Below are positions 47,679 to 60,672 of a stretch of DNA of 64,000 nucleotides, in pieces. Each line of letters opens with the position of its first letter. Position 1 is the stretch's first letter. The DNA lies in NCBI GenBank assembly GCA_024274785.1, contig JAJSAM010000071.1, forward strand, positions 24,733 through 88,732, read 5' to 3'. A model generated the notes under the pieces. The model was not told the origin of the DNA, ran no database searches, and saw only the letters and a program-made list of their open reading frames with translations. A program made the translations under genes and the position numbers. Source of the stretch: Planctomycetota bacterium (GTDB lineage: Bacteria > Planctomycetota > JAJSAM01).

Positions 47679-49229
47679 CTACAGCGGGATATTGCCATGC
47701 TTCTTCGGCGGGTTCTGATCCCGCTTCGTTTCGAGTAGCGCAAAGGCCTCCACCAGCTTCCGGCGCGTCTCCGACGGCATGATCACGTCGTCGATGTAGC
47801 CTCGCTCCGCCGCGATGTAAGGGTTGGCGAACTTCTCCCGGTACTCGGCGACCTTCTGCTGTTCCAGTGCCGCCGGGTCGTTCGCGGCCTTGATGTCCCG
47901 CTTGAAGATGATCTCCACCGCACCCTTCGGCCCCATGACCGCGATCTCCGCCATGGGCCAGGCCAGGTTCACATCCCCCCGGACGTGCTTGCTGTTCATG
48001 ACGTCGTAGGCGCCGCCGTAGGCCTTCCTGGTGATCACGGTCACCTTCGGCACCGTCGCCTCGCAGTAGGAGTAGAGCAGCTTGGCCCCGTGCTTGATGA
48101 TACCGCCCCACTCCTGGTCCGTGCCCGGCAAGAACCCCGGTACGTCTTCGAAGGTAAGCAGCGGGATGTTCATGGAGTCGCAGAAGCGGATGAACCGTGC
48201 GCCCTTCAACGATGCGCTCGAGTCCAGGCAGCCGGCGAGCACCGCGGGCTGGTTGCCGATGATGCCGATGGACCGGCCGTCGATCCGACCGAAGCCGACG
48301 ATGAGGTTTTCGGCGAAGTGCTGGTGCACCTCCATGAACTCCCCGTCGTCGAGCACCTCGGCGATGACATCCTTCATGTCGTAGGGCTTGTTGGGGTCCT
48401 CCGGGATGATGTCATCGAGTTTCCCGCAGACGCGGCGAGGGTCGTCCCGCGTTCCCGTCGCCGGTGCGTCCTCCATGTTGTTCAGCGGGAGATATGCCAT
48501 CAGCCTGCGGACCTGCGCCAGGCAGGTGGCGTCGTCCGGGCTCGTGAAGTGCGCGACGCCCGACTTGACCGCATGGGCCGAAGCCCCGCCGAGTTCCTCG
48601 AGCGTCACTTCCTCGTGCGTGACGGTCTTCACGACGTTCGGTCCGGTTACGAACATGTAGGAGGTGTCTTCGACCATGAACACGAAGTCGGTGATGGCCG
48701 GGGAGTAGACCGCGCCGCCGGCGCAGGGCCCCATGATCGCGGAGATCTGGGGCACCACCCCGGAGGCCATCGTGTTTCTGAGGAATATGTCCGCGTAGCC
48801 TCCGAGGGAGATCACTCCCTCCTGAATGCGGGCGCCGCCCGAGTCGTTCAGCCCGATCACGGGCACCCCGACCTTCATCGCCATGTCCATGATCTTCACG
48901 ATCTTGCGGGCGTACGCCTCGGAGAGCGACCCCCCGAAGATGGTGAAGTCCTGGGAGAAGACGAACACCCTGCGCCCGTCGATCAGGCCGTGGCCGGTGA
49001 CCACGCCGTCGGTGAGCGGGCGCTTCTCCTCCATGCCGAAGTCGCGGCACTGGTGGGCGGCGAAGGCGTCGGTCTCGACGAAGGAGCCCTGGTCGAGCAG
49101 GAGGTCGATCCGTTCGCGGGCGGTGAGTTTGCCGCGCTGGTGCTGGCGCTGAACGGCCTCTTCACCGCCGCCCTTCCTGGATGCTTCCCGAAGTTCCTCG
49201 AGCCGGCGGTACTTGTCCTCGTGCGCCAC
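47679..49229 (-). CDS. pccB: Propionyl-CoA carboxylase beta / methylmalonyl-CoA carboxyltransferase subunit
   Basis: [52 protein letters not shown] and KKHGNIPL motifs. Confidence 0.9.
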   Translation of the reverse strand: MAHEDKYRRLEELREASRKGGGEEAVQRQHQRGKLTARERIDLLLDQGSFVETDAFAAHQCRDFGMEEKRPLTDGVVTGHGLIDGRRVFVFSQDFTIFGGSLSEAYARKIVKIMDMAMKVGVPVIGLNDSGGARIQEGVISLGGYADIFLRNTMASGVVPQISAIMGPCAGGAVYSPAITDFVFMVEDTSYMFVTGPNVVKTVTHEEVTLEELGGASAHAVKSGVAHFTSPDDATCLAQVRRLMAYLPLNNMEDAPATGTRDDPRRVCGKLDDIIPEDPNKPYDMKDVIAEVLDDGEFMEVHQHFAENLIVGFGRIDGRSIGIIGNQPAVLAGCLDSSASLKGARFIRFCDSMNIPLLTFEDVPGFLPGTDQEWGGIIKHGAKLLYSYCEATVPKVTVITRKAYGGAYDVMNSKHVRGDVNLAWPMAEIAVMGPKGAVEIIFKRDIKAANDPAALEQQKVAEYREKFANPYIAAERGYIDDVIMPSETRRKLVEAFALLETKRDQNPPKKHGNIPL

Positions 49230-49272
49230 GGTCGGCCTCCTCAGATGATGCTGGTGAAGCGGAAGATCCGGC

Positions 49273-49679
49273 TCAGTCGGCCTCTCCCTCGACGATCTCG
49301 ATGAGTACGCCGCCGAACGACTTCGGGTGGGCGAAAGCGATCCTGTTGCCCATGGCGCCGATCTTCGGAGTCTCGTCGATCAGGGCGATGCCGGCGGCCT
49401 TCATCTTCGCGAGCGCGGCCTCGATGTCGGGGACCGAAATCGCGATGTGGTGCAGGCCCGGGCCCTTCTTCGAAAGAAACCTGCCGACCGGCGTGTCCGG
49501 CCCGAGCGGCTCGGTGATCTCCAGGTGGCTGCCGCCGGCGTCGAGCACGATCACCTTGACGCCCTGCTCCTCGACCACGGTCTCCTTCACCACCTCCATG
49601 CCGAGGGCCTCGGTGAGCTTCCTCGCGAGTCCCCCGGCGTCCGGCGCGGCGATGTTGACATGATCGAGGCGGCCCGCCA

Positions 49680-49680
<1 letters not shown>
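49273..49680 (-). CDS. mce: Methylmalonyl-CoA epimerase
   Basis: [21 protein letters not shown] and [16 protein letters not shown] motifs. Confidence 0.9.
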
Positions 49681-51290
<1,610 letters not shown>

Positions 51291-51315
51291 CTCGCGAATC
51301 CAGCGGCCGGCGGGG

Positions 51316-51999
51316 TCATCCGGACCGGGCGCGGTGGCGGGCGGGGGGGGCTTCCTCCCCCTCGGGCTCGGGAGGCGCCTCCACGGGCTCGGGCTCCAGG
51401 TCCACGACCTCCTCGGTGCCCCTCACCGGATCGGGCATCTCCCCGGCTTCCTCCGCGAAGATGCCGAGGTCGAAGCCGTCCTCCTCCTCTTCCTCGGGTG
51501 CCGGCTTCGCGATGGGTCTGGAAGCAGGTTCCGGGACGGGCTCAACTGCCTGCTCCGGGGCCACCTCGGGGTCGAAGTCGTCCTCGACTTCATCCTCGCC
51601 ATCGAGCGCGTCCTCGATTTCGTCCCACCACTCGACGCGCTCGTCTCCGGTGGGGGCCGGAACTTCGGAAAGTTCCACCGGGATTTCGTGCTCCACCGGG
51701 GCCGGCCGCTGTTCCGGTCGGCGACGGCGGCGGCTTTCCCCGGAGCGCCGGCGGGAGCGCCGTTTGGGCTTCGGCCTCTCCTCCGGCTCCGGGGTGGGCT
51801 GCCGGGAAGCATTCGGCGCCAGCCCGGGGGGCTCGTCGTAGATTCCCGCTTCCCGGGCGGCTACCTCCTCGCGGTCCAGCGCCGGATCGCGTGCGACCCT
51901 CCGCGCGGCATCCTCGTCATAGGGGATCGCTTTGCCCTCACGCGAGGGCTTCCTGCCGCGTCCTCCCCGTCTTCTTCTTCCGTCCTTGCGATCAGCCAT
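51316..51999 (-). CDS. Arg-rich/acidic low-complexity protein; probably the N-terminal extension of the mutase, split by a frameshift
   Basis: Strong coding bias until the C8 run (51343-51350), after which it ends in a short off-frame tail. Confidence 0.6.
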   Translation of the reverse strand: MADRKDGRRRRGGRGRKPSREGKAIPYDEDAARRVARDPALDREEVAAREAGIYDEPPGLAPNASRQPTPEPEERPKPKRRSRRRSGESRRRRRPEQRPAPVEHEIPVELSEVPAPTGDERVEWWDEIEDALDGEDEVEDDFDPEVAPEQAVEPVPEPASRPIAKPAPEEEEEDGFDLGIFAEEAGEMPDPVRGTEEVVDLEPEPVEAPPEPEGEEAPPARHRARSG

Positions 52000-52060
52000 G
52001 GAGGGTATTCCTAAAACAAGCGTCTTTTCCGTTCCAAGAAGAAATGAATCTCATGCCCCA

Positions 52061-53029
52061 TCAGGAGTGCTCGCTTCGCAGGTGATCGAGCAGGCTCTGC
52101 ATGTCCGGAGCCAGGGGAGCTTCGAAGGTGACCATCTCCCGGGAGAGGGGGTGGCGGAATGTGATCCGCCTCGCGTGCAGCATCTGGCGGTGCACCACTT
52201 TATCGAGCTCACCACCCTTTCCGCCGTACAGCTTGTCACCGACGATCGGGTGGCCGATGGCGGAGAGATGGACCCGAATCTGGTGCGTCCGCCCGGACCG
52301 GGGCCGGCATCGGAGATAAGTGTAGCGGTCAAACCGCTCGATGACCTCGTAGAAGGTGTCCGACGCGCGTCCGATATCGTGCCGCACTGCCATCCGCGTG
52401 GGGCGATGCCGATCCGGGCCGAGGGGCAGGGAGATCAGGTCGGAGTCGAATTCCACGACTCCGTGAGAGATCGCCCGGTACTCCTTCTTCACCGTCCGCT
52501 CCCGGAACTGCCGTGCGAGAAAGTGGTGGTTCAGATCGTCTTTCGCCACCATCAGTACTCCGGAGGTGTCCTTGTCGAGTCGGTGCACGATGCCGGGGCG
52601 AAGCTGGCCCTGGACGTGGGACATCTGGCCGAAGCGGTAGGCGAGGGCGTTCGCCAGGGTCCCGCGGCGCTGGCCGGCGCCGGGATGCACGGTCATGTTC
52701 GAGGGTTTGTTGATCAGGGCGAGGGCCTCGTCCTCGTGGATGACGTCGAGGGGGATGTTCTCGGGGATGGCGTAGGCCCTGGTGAGCTGCGGGAGCCGGA
52801 TGTCCACCCGGTCGCCTTCCTCGATCGCCCGGCCGGGGCGAATAACCTTCCCGTTGACCCGCACGTGACCTTCCTTGCAGAACTTCTGCAGCATGGTCCG
52901 GCTGTATCCCGGAAAACGGACGACCAGGAACTTGTCGAGCCGGATGCCCCCGTCCACCCGGAGCGCCGTGAATCGATGACGCACGAGGCTCTCGTAGTCG
53001 GGCTCGAAGCTCTGAGGTTCGCCGGGCAT
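52061..53029 (-). CDS. rluD: RluA-family pseudouridine synthase (RluD-like)
   Basis: RLDKFL, PENIPLDV, RPGIVHRLDKDTSG and GRTHQIRVH motifs. Confidence 0.85.
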   Translation of the reverse strand: MPGEPQSFEPDYESLVRHRFTALRVDGGIRLDKFLVVRFPGYSRTMLQKFCKEGHVRVNGKVIRPGRAIEEGDRVDIRLPQLTRAYAIPENIPLDVIHEDEALALINKPSNMTVHPGAGQRRGTLANALAYRFGQMSHVQGQLRPGIVHRLDKDTSGVLMVAKDDLNHHFLARQFRERTVKKEYRAISHGVVEFDSDLISLPLGPDRHRPTRMAVRHDIGRASDTFYEVIERFDRYTYLRCRPRSGRTHQIRVHLSAIGHPIVGDKLYGGKGGELDKVVHRQMLHARRITFRHPLSREMVTFEAPLAPDMQSLLDHLRSEHS

Positions 53030-53151
53030 GAAGCGCCCATTGTGAAGGGGCGGTGCGGGTGGGTAAGAGAATTCCCCCGGCCCTCAGATCGTATGCCCCG
53101 GCGAGAGATGCCGGTTAAGGTGTTGGCGGTCCAGATTCAGGAGCTCGAAGC

Positions 53152-54663
53152 ATGGCAGGCGGAAACCCGATGAAGTGGCTCGTGAGCCGATGGCGGCGGT
53201 GGATCCTCGCGGCGATGGCGGTGGGCCTGGCCCTCTTTGTATTCTGGTCGATCTTTGGAAAGTCGATCGAGGTCAGCCGGACCCTCGCGGGCTATGAGGA
53301 CGATCCCGGGTCGACCGAGGAGGCTCTCCTCGCCTACGGTCTGGAGTATCGCGCGGAAATCCGGGAGGCGCTGTTGGCGGGGGGACGCAGCTTCCCGGCG
53401 CAGTTCCGGTTCTCCCGGCTCCTGGCGTTCGCTCCGTTCTATGACACCGTAACGCTCGAGCGGGCCCTCACTTCGGATGACCTGACCGTGAAGCGGGCCG
53501 CGGCGATGGCGTTGCTGAATGCCCGTCGCACCGCCCCACCCCGCCCGTTGCCGGGCGACATCCTGGCGGTCTACGAGGAGTGGACGGAGGATCTGGCCTC
53601 ACCGGAGCTCGACATGGGCCTGGCGGAGCTCTCCTTCTGGCGCGACCCCCGGGTGGCGAAAATGCTCGTCGGGATGTTGGTGAAGCGGTCGGAAGAAGAG
53701 GTGAGCGGCATCGTGCCGAAAGGCTACGCCAACCGGAGCCGGGAAGTCGCCGCCCGGCAGCTCAAGTACTACACCAGCGATCCCCGGGTCATCGAGGCTC
53801 TCCGCACCGTCGCCTCCCGGGAGACGGAATCGTCGCTCGTGATCATGTACGCCTACAAGGCGATCATCAAATCCGGCTACTCGAAGGACCTCGGCATCTA
53901 CTGGCAGGCCGCCCGCTCCTCCCATATCCCCGTTCGGCAAGCCCTCGCCGCGGATCTGGAGAACGTGAAGAATCCGGAGGTCATTCCGATCCTCGAGTAT
54001 CTGACCAATGACGTGAACGAGGTCGTCCGGCGTCACGCGGTGGATACGCTGATGGACAAGCGCGCCCCGAGTCTGATGGACAACCTCGAGTATCTCGCGG
54101 AGGACTGGTGGGCTTCCCTCCCCGGCGACCTCGCGTGGGCGGTGCGGCACTATCGCCGCGACGACAAGATCCCCTTTGTCGTGCATTGCCTGAAACACAC
54201 CGACCCGGTGGTGGTGGAGAAGTCGCTGGTCGTGCTCTTCTCCATGACCCGGCGGCATTTCGGATTCACCGACGAGGCGTGGAAGAAGTTCTCCTGGGAC
54301 ATGCCGCTCATGGCCGGTGAAGGGGGCCGCACCCGTTCCGCCGCGGTCCGCGAGTTCATGAACGACGAGCCGCGGAAGAAAGCGGCCATCGCAGAATGGA
54401 ATCGGCTGGTCCCTCCGGCCTACACCGACCAGGACCGGCTGCCGTACCTGGTTCGCCAACTCGCCCACGCCGACTCGCGAAACGTCCGGCGCGCCATGCG
54501 GGAACTGAAGAGAATCACCGGTCGTGCCGAGGGCTTTCCTCCCCTCTGCCTGGATCCGGCTGCGGATGTCACCGAGGAGGCGAGCGCGGTCTACAAGTTC
54601 ATGACCGAAGACAAGGCAGCGGTCATTGCCGACTGGGAGAGGTGGCTTGCGGAAAGGAAGTAG
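53152..54663 (+). CDS. Membrane-anchored HEAT-repeat protein
   Basis: N-terminal TM helix; HEAT repeats (LTNDVNEVVRRHA, LKHTDPVV, LAHADSRNV). Confidence 0.72.
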   Translation: MAGGNPMKWLVSRWRRWILAAMAVGLALFVFWSIFGKSIEVSRTLAGYEDDPGSTEEALLAYGLEYRAEIREALLAGGRSFPAQFRFSRLLAFAPFYDTVTLERALTSDDLTVKRAAAMALLNARRTAPPRPLPGDILAVYEEWTEDLASPELDMGLAELSFWRDPRVAKMLVGMLVKRSEEEVSGIVPKGYANRSREVAARQLKYYTSDPRVIEALRTVASRETESSLVIMYAYKAIIKSGYSKDLGIYWQAARSSHIPVRQALAADLENVKNPEVIPILEYLTNDVNEVVRRHAVDTLMDKRAPSLMDNLEYLAEDWWASLPGDLAWAVRHYRRDDKIPFVVHCLKHTDPVVVEKSLVVLFSMTRRHFGFTDEAWKKFSWDMPLMAGEGGRTRSAAVREFMNDEPRKKAAIAEWNRLVPPAYTDQDRLPYLVRQLAHADSRNVRRAMRELKRITGRAEGFPPLCLDPAADVTEEASAVYKFMTEDKAAVIADWERWLAERK

Positions 54664-54744
54664 GGTCCCGCCTCCACCCTGGAGGGCGCCGGTCCCCCGG
54701 CGGCGTCGTTTCTTTTCGAACGCTCCTTGATCTTGTGCGGCCCT
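54662..54744. repeat. Degenerate MITE-family remnant / terminator between convergent genes
   Basis: Right end TCTTGTGCGGCCCT resembles the TIR; left end AGGGTCCCGC follows TAG; internal GC hairpin with T-tract. Confidence 0.45.
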
Positions 54745-56124
54745 TCAGTACCGCAGGATGATCTGCGGGTCCTGCCTGATCGTCAGGAGCGCCTTCGTGC
54801 GGCCGTCCCTCACCTGGTCGCGGAGAACCCTCGCCCGGACCGCCTCGAAGGTGGGGGCGGGTTCGACCTCCAGGAGCTTCACCAGGTGGTAGCCGTAGGG
54901 GGAGCGGATCGGTCCGATCACGTCGCCGATCGGAGCGCTGAAGACGGCTTTCTTCCAGGACTCCGGCAGGGGGGAGGCGCGGGTCACCCGGATGGGGCGG
55001 TCCGGACGCTTGAACTTGTCGCGATCCTCCGAAGCATCCATCACCAGCCTTTCGAAGGGCGTCCCCCGGAGATACCGGGCGTACACCGCGTCGATGATCT
55101 CCCGGGCCTTGCGGTACGAGCGTGACTTGCCGCCGAACGGCGTCGAAGGCCGGTCGTCCGCCCGGATCAGGAGGTGGATGAAGGTGCGGCGTTCGCCGTA
55201 CCGGTCCCGGTTCTCGCTCCAGTGTTTCCGGACATCCTCCGCGGTGATCTCCGCGCGGATCATCCGGGCCAGACCCACCTGCGCGAGGAAGAGCGGGTCT
55301 TTTCGCAACTCCGGGATGGTCAGGCCGCGGGCCGCTTCCACGTACTGGGCGAAGGTGAAGGTCGTGTTCTTGAAACGTGTGTCGGCCTTGAACTCCTCCT
55401 CGAGGTCGTCCATCGCCCGGTCGATATCGGCTTTTTCGATCAGGATGCCGGCGGCCTTCAGTTTGAGCTGCACCGCCCGGGAAATGGCCAGGTCCCAGAG
55501 CGCGCTCTCCAGTTTGGACTTCGGCAGGAACTCGAGCAGCTTCGCACCGAGGTCCTTCTTCGTGATGACCCGATCGCCGACCCGGGCGAGGGCTCCCGCG
55601 GGGACTCCGGGGCCCTCGAGCACCACACCGCGCTTCTCCTTCAGGTCTTCGAGCCAGATCCCGAGCGCCTGCTGATTGATTTCGCCCTGGATCCCGGTGT
55701 CCGCAGCCGCCATCCGTTGCCGGGCGAGATAGTCTCGCGCGACTTCCGCGAGTTGCTTCCGCGTTGATCCCTTCTCCTCGAGCACGTCGTCGAGGGTGCG
55801 GGTTCCGGCGGTGGCCTTGATGACGTCGCGCTCCAGTTTGGCGATCCGCCGGTTGATCTCCTCGTCGGTGATGTGAATCCCCCGGATCTCCTTCTCCCGG
55901 CGGATCAACTCCTCTTCGGCGAGGGTCTCGACTGCCTTTTTTCCATCCTCGGTGCGGGCGTATCGCTTGACGAGCACGTCGCGGAACTCCGCGATGGTGA
56001 TGAACTCACCGTGAACGATGCCGGCGACGTTCTCCGGAAGGCGTACCGGTTTCCGCCGCTCCTGTCCCAGGGCAGCGGTGGTCGTGAGCAGCAAGAGGGC
56101 TGCGGCGAGGGCGTAGCATCTCAT
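54745..56124 (-). CDS. Secreted parvulin (PpiC)-type peptidyl-prolyl isomerase / SurA-PrsA-like chaperone
   Basis: Signal peptide; HLLI, FERLV..ASED and GPIRSPYGYHLVKL; two SurA-N-like repeats. Confidence 0.8.
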   Translation of the reverse strand: MRCYALAAALLLLTTTAALGQERRKPVRLPENVAGIVHGEFITIAEFRDVLVKRYARTEDGKKAVETLAEEELIRREKEIRGIHITDEEINRRIAKLERDVIKATAGTRTLDDVLEEKGSTRKQLAEVARDYLARQRMAAADTGIQGEINQQALGIWLEDLKEKRGVVLEGPGVPAGALARVGDRVITKKDLGAKLLEFLPKSKLESALWDLAISRAVQLKLKAAGILIEKADIDRAMDDLEEEFKADTRFKNTTFTFAQYVEAARGLTIPELRKDPLFLAQVGLARMIRAEITAEDVRKHWSENRDRYGERRTFIHLLIRADDRPSTPFGGKSRSYRKAREIIDAVYARYLRGTPFERLVMDASEDRDKFKRPDRPIRVTRASPLPESWKKAVFSAPIGDVIGPIRSPYGYHLVKLLEVEPAPTFEAVRARVLRDQVRDGRTKALLTIRQDPQIILRY

Positions 56125-56235
56125 GGGACCGAGGCTAAGCCGGTTCTGTCCCGGAATCATGGAATTCCCCGGGGCTCGACCCTCCGAGGGGATTCGGGCA
56201 CTCAACCTGAGTCGACTCGATACCCCTCATGCGGG

Positions 56236-57573
56236 CTATTCGCTGAAACCACCGTGGGCTCTCACCGCCTCGATCAAGGCGTCCCGCATGGGGATGCCGG
56301 AGTCCGCCATGCCCTCGATCCCCTTCGGGAAGTAGCGCTCGTGGTGGCCGGCCACGTAGGAGTTCGTCGCCACGGTGTAGACCTCCTCCGGGTCGACCTC
56401 ACCCAGTTGCTCCCGGGCCCAGGCCGGGAGCGCGCCGCCCCGGATCCGGACCGTGATCAGGGTGTTGTCGAAGGGGTGCACGTTCCAGACGTCGCGCACG
56501 GTGATATCGCCCGCGGCCACGGCCGCCCGGACCCCGCCCTCGTTCTGGAAACCGAGGTCGGTGCCCAGCGCCTCGCGGAAGACCCGGGCGGCGTGCGCAC
56601 GGAGTTCCGGCCGGCCGATATCGCTCGACGTCCGGCCAATGACCGCGGAGACCCGCTCCGCCACCTGGTCCTCCCAGACCATCACCGCGCTCCGCACCGC
56701 CGGGTCCGCCGGAAGCTGGTCGTTCACGGTGATGAGCGAGCCGTTGGCGGTGACGATCGTGCCGGTCTCGCGGTCCACGGTCAGTTCCAGGCGCCCGATC
56801 CTCCGGCCCTCCGCCGACGCCTGGACGATCAGGGTGTCGCCGATACGCTCCGGTTCGGGAATCGCGGTATGGGAGTGCCCCCCGACGATCAGGTCGATCT
56901 CCGGGACGGCCTTCGCGAGCTTGCGGTCAGCCTGGACGCCCTGGTGGCTGAGGACGACGATCAGGTCCGACTGCGGCGTGAGCTCCGGCAGCAGCGCCCT
57001 GACCGTCGGTGCCGCGGGAAGGAACTCACAGCCGGTGGTCTTTCCCTTTGCGGTGTGCTCCGGCGTGGTGGGGGAGAGGATGCCGATCACGGCCACCTTG
57101 AGCCCGCGGACGTTGATGATCCGGTAGGCGTCATCGGCGATCAGCTTCCCGTCCGGGCCGGTGACGTTCGCACCCAGGATCGGAAACTCCGCAATCCGAC
57201 GGTACTCCTCGATCAGAGGCCAGCCGTGGTCGAATTCGTGGTTGCCGAGGGTCATGGCGTTGTAGCCCATCACGCTCATGACGTGGAAGATCGGCCGCCC
57301 TTCGTAGATCGACGATGTCGGCGTCCCGGTCACGCCGTCCCCGGCGTCGAGGAACAGAACGTCGGCCCGCCGGGACCGCTCCCGGTCGACATAACCCGCG
57401 ATCCGGGCGAGCCCTCCTTCTCCGTCCGGGTGGGGGAGGAAGTTGCTGTGCAGGTCGTTCGTGTGCAGCACCAGCAGCGTCGCGGTGCCCGATTTCCCGG
57501 GGGCTGAAGCGCACGAGACGAGGAGGACGACAAGGAGCAATGTGGCGAAAAGTCGTGACGGATTCGTGTCCAT
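56236..57573 (-). CDS. Bifunctional metallophosphatase/5'-nucleotidase lipoprotein
   Basis: LVSC lipobox; HTNDLH, DAGD, LGNHEFD, GGHSH and NEGGVR motifs. Confidence 0.9.
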   Translation of the reverse strand: MDTNPSRLFATLLLVVLLVSCASAPGKSGTATLLVLHTNDLHSNFLPHPDGEGGLARIAGYVDRERSRRADVLFLDAGDGVTGTPTSSIYEGRPIFHVMSVMGYNAMTLGNHEFDHGWPLIEEYRRIAEFPILGANVTGPDGKLIADDAYRIINVRGLKVAVIGILSPTTPEHTAKGKTTGCEFLPAAPTVRALLPELTPQSDLIVVLSHQGVQADRKLAKAVPEIDLIVGGHSHTAIPEPERIGDTLIVQASAEGRRIGRLELTVDRETGTIVTANGSLITVNDQLPADPAVRSAVMVWEDQVAERVSAVIGRTSSDIGRPELRAHAARVFREALGTDLGFQNEGGVRAAVAAGDITVRDVWNVHPFDNTLITVRIRGGALPAWAREQLGEVDPEEVYTVATNSYVAGHHERYFPKGIEGMADSGIPMRDALIEAVRAHGGFSE

Positions 57574-57684
57574 GGCGAACGGATGATAACGTGAAGCCGG
57601 TCAAAACAGTGCAGGTCACGGCAGTCGGGCGCTATCATGCCCCCGCAAGCCGGAGTCAGTCCGATCAGTGTCCCGGGTTCCGCC

Positions 57685-58266
57685 ATGAGAATTCCCAGCT
57701 ATCTTCTGTTTCTCTTCGTGATTCTGCTCGCGGCCTGTTCGTCCGCGCCGAGCGGGAACTCCGGTTCCGGCGGCGCGGAACCCGAGGAGGTGAGCGACGT
57801 TCCCACCGTGACCGGCCGCATCATCCGGGTCGAGTGGGTCAACCTCGATCCCAGACGGAACGATCCGCCCCTCGGTCTGATCAACCGAAGCTCCCCGGAA
57901 CTCCGCCAGGTCTACGCGAATCCCAGTGCGTGGACGCACGTGAAGCCGATCGACGACCTCACCATGGCCAATCTTCTGACCGCCTTCAAGGAGTACGACT
58001 TCTTCGACGAGGCCAGCAAGGGTCGCAGCGTGGAGTCGCTCCGCATGGGCGAAGGCAAGGGCGCGGTCGTCGTCAAGAACGGAGACGAAAACTGGGCGCT
58101 GGTCTTCGGGCCGGGTATGGCGGATACCGTCATTCCCGAACTCTACCGGAACGTGAAGCACGCGGTCATCGCCCTCCACAGCAGCACGTACTGGCTGGCG
58201 CCGGCCTCCGAGCAGGATCCCAACCGCACATTCCGGATTCCCTCGAACGCCCGACGAGTCCGGTAG
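57685..58266 (+). CDS. Hypothetical lipoprotein
   Basis: MRIPSYLLFLFVILLAAC lipobox; coding bias. Confidence 0.7.
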   Translation: MRIPSYLLFLFVILLAACSSAPSGNSGSGGAEPEEVSDVPTVTGRIIRVEWVNLDPRRNDPPLGLINRSSPELRQVYANPSAWTHVKPIDDLTMANLLTAFKEYDFFDEASKGRSVESLRMGEGKGAVVVKNGDENWALVFGPGMADTVIPELYRNVKHAVIALHSSTYWLAPASEQDPNRTFRIPSNARRVR

Positions 58267-58274
58267 GAGACGCC

Positions 58275-59021
58275 TTGGCCATCCTCGTCGTCCCCGCGCG
58301 CTATGCCAGCAAGAGACTGCCGGGGAAGCCTCTCCTCAAAGAGACCGGGACACCACTGATCGTCCACGTCCTCGAGCGTGCGCTCGAAGCGAAACTCGTC
58401 ACGCGGGCGGTGGTGGCCACCGACGATGAACGGATTCTCGAAGCCGTCCGGGCCGCCGGCGGAGAAGCCGTGATGACCGGGGGCCAGCACACCTGCGGCA
58501 CCGATCGCATCGCGGAAGTGGCGGCGGGTTTCGCGGACGAGGCGTTTTTCGTGAACCTCCAGGGGGATGAACCGGAGATCGACCCGGCGGATATCGACCT
58601 TCTGGTCTCGACTCTGACGACGGCGGGGACGGAGATGGCTACGCTGGCTTCGCCCCTGACGGACGCTTCGGAGTTCGCCGACCGTTCGGTGGTGAAGGTG
58701 GTGATCAACGAGGCCGGCGACGCACTCTACTTCAGCCGCGCGCCTGTTCCGTGCGACCGGGACGGCGACGGGGCTGCCGTGCGCTACCGGCACCTCGGCA
58801 TCTATGGATATACCGCTTAGGCGCTCCGGCGCTTCGCCGCGCTCGGGCCGACCGGCCTCGAGCGGACCGAGAAACTGGAACAACTCCGCGCGCTCGGCGC
58901 GGGTATGAAGATCCGGGTGGCGCTCGTTGCCTCGGCCCCTCCCGGAATCGACACGATGGAGGCCTATCGGGCTTTCGTGAAACGCTTTGCATCCCGAGCC
59001 GAAGGGCCGGGAAAGGGATAA
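58275..59021 (+). pseudogene. kdsB: CMP-Kdo synthetase interrupted by an in-frame TAG at 58818-58820
   Basis: VPARYASKRLPGKPL, GTDRIAE, NLQGDEP, ALYFSR and HLGIYGY before the stop; [13 protein letters not shown] and GIDT after it, in frame, to TAA at 59021. Confidence 0.85.
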
Positions 59022-59025
59022 CCGC

Positions 59026-60672
59026 ATGCCCAAGTACATCTTCACGACCGGCGGAGTGGTCTCCTCGCTCGGCAAGGGCCTGACCTCGGCGGCCATCGGG
59101 CTGTTGCTCGAGGCCCGCGGTTTCAGTGTGGCGCTGCAAAAGCTCGACCCTTACATCAACGTGGATCCCGGGACGATGAACCCATTTCAGCACGGCGAGG
59201 TCTACGTCACCCGCGACGGGACCGAGGCCGACCTGGACCTGGGACACTACGAGCGGTTCACCCACAGCGACATCAACCGCCACAGCAACTACACCACCGG
59301 GCAGATCTACAACGAGGTCATCCGCAAGGAGCGCCGCGGTGACTATCTCGGGGCCTGCATCCAGGTGGTGCCTCACGTCACCAACGCCATCAAGGAGTGC
59401 ATCCGGCGGGTGAGCGACAGCGTGGATGTGGTCATCACCGAACTCGGCGGTACGGTCGGTGACATCGAGGGGCTGCCCTTTTTGGAGGCGATCCGGCAGA
59501 TGGCGCTCGACGAGGGACCGGGCAACACCATGTTCATCCACCTGACCCTGCTCCCGTATCTGCCCACTTCCGGTGAGACCAAGACCAAGCCGACGCAGCA
59601 CTCGGTGGCGAAGCTGCGCGAGATCGGTATCCAGCCGGCCGTGGTGATCTGCCGCAGCTCGGTGCCTCTCGAGGAGGAGCACCGCGCGAAGATCAGCCTG
59701 TTCTGCAACGTCCCGAAGGAAGCGGTCATCGAGGAGCGCGATGTCGACCACTCCATCTACGAGGTCCCGCTGGTCCTCCGCGACGAGGGCCTGGACGACC
59801 TCATCATCGACCATCTGCGGCTCGAGTCTCCCCACGCCCCGGACCTCTCCGACTGGGAAGAGCTGATCGAGGCGATCAAGACGCCCCACGGCGAGGTCGA
59901 GATCGCGGTGGCGGGGAAGTACATCGAACTGCACGACGCCTACAAGTCGATTTACGAGTCCCTCTCTCATGGCGGCATCGCCAACCGGGTGAAGCTCAGG
60001 TTCCGTAAGATCGCCTCCGAACGGATCGAGGAGGAGGGCGCCGGGGCCTTGCTCGAGGGCGTGCACGGCCTGCTCGTTCCGGGCGGTTTCGGGGAGCGGG
60101 GCATCGAGGGGAAGATCCAGGCGATCCGCTATGCCCGGGAGAACGGCATTCCGTTCTTCGGGATCTGCCTTGGCATGCAGTGCGCCACGATCGAGGCCGC
60201 GCGGAACCTCGCCGGCCTCGAGGGCGCCCACAGCACCGAGTTCGTGAAGGACGCCGCCCACCCGGTCATCTCGCTCCTCGAGGAGCAGCGCGAGGTAGTG
60301 GACATGGGCGGAACGATGCGGCTCGGCAACTACGACTGCCGGCTCACGGACGGCTCCCGGGCGGCCGCGGCCTACGCCGAGAGCGACATCGAGGAGCGGC
60401 ACCGTCACCGCTACGAGTTCAACAACGAGTATCGCAGCCGGCTCACCGAGAGCGGTCTGATCCCGACCGGGGTCAACGTGGATCACGACCTGGTGGAGAT
60501 CGTCGAGATTCCCGGCCACCCCTGGTTCGTCGGCGTGCAGTTCCACCCGGAGTTCAATTCCAGGCCTACCTCTCCGCACCCGCTCTTCCGCGACTTCGTC
60601 CGGGCGGCGGCGGCGCGGGCGGGGATTTTCGAGGCCGGCGACCCGACGCGTTCGGAGGCTACCGATGAGTGA
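59026..60672 (+). CDS. pyrG: CTP synthase
   Basis: [44 protein letters not shown] and QFHPE motifs. Confidence 0.97.
   Translation: MPKYIFTTGGVVSSLGKGLTSAAIGLLLEARGFSVALQKLDPYINVDPGTMNPFQHGEVYVTRDGTEADLDLGHYERFTHSDINRHSNYTTGQIYNEVIRKERRGDYLGACIQVVPHVTNAIKECIRRVSDSVDVVITELGGTVGDIEGLPFLEAIRQMALDEGPGNTMFIHLTLLPYLPTSGETKTKPTQHSVAKLREIGIQPAVVICRSSVPLEEEHRAKISLFCNVPKEAVIEERDVDHSIYEVPLVLRDEGLDDLIIDHLRLESPHAPDLSDWEELIEAIKTPHGEVEIAVAGKYIELHDAYKSIYESLSHGGIANRVKLRFRKIASERIEEEGAGALLEGVHGLLVPGGFGERGIEGKIQAIRYARENGIPFFGICLGMQCATIEAARNLAGLEGAHSTEFVKDAAHPVISLLEEQREVVDMGGTMRLGNYDCRLTDGSRAAAAYAESDIEERHRHRYEFNNEYRSRLTESGLIPTGVNVDHDLVEIVEIPGHPWFVGVQFHPEFNSRPTSPHPLFRDFVRAAAARAGIFEAGDPTRSEATDE

Noticed and set aside
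58818-58820. Genome-wide TAG reassignment
   Set aside because: Several genes end at TAG at their expected C-termini (e.g. 2620, 14632, 60937).
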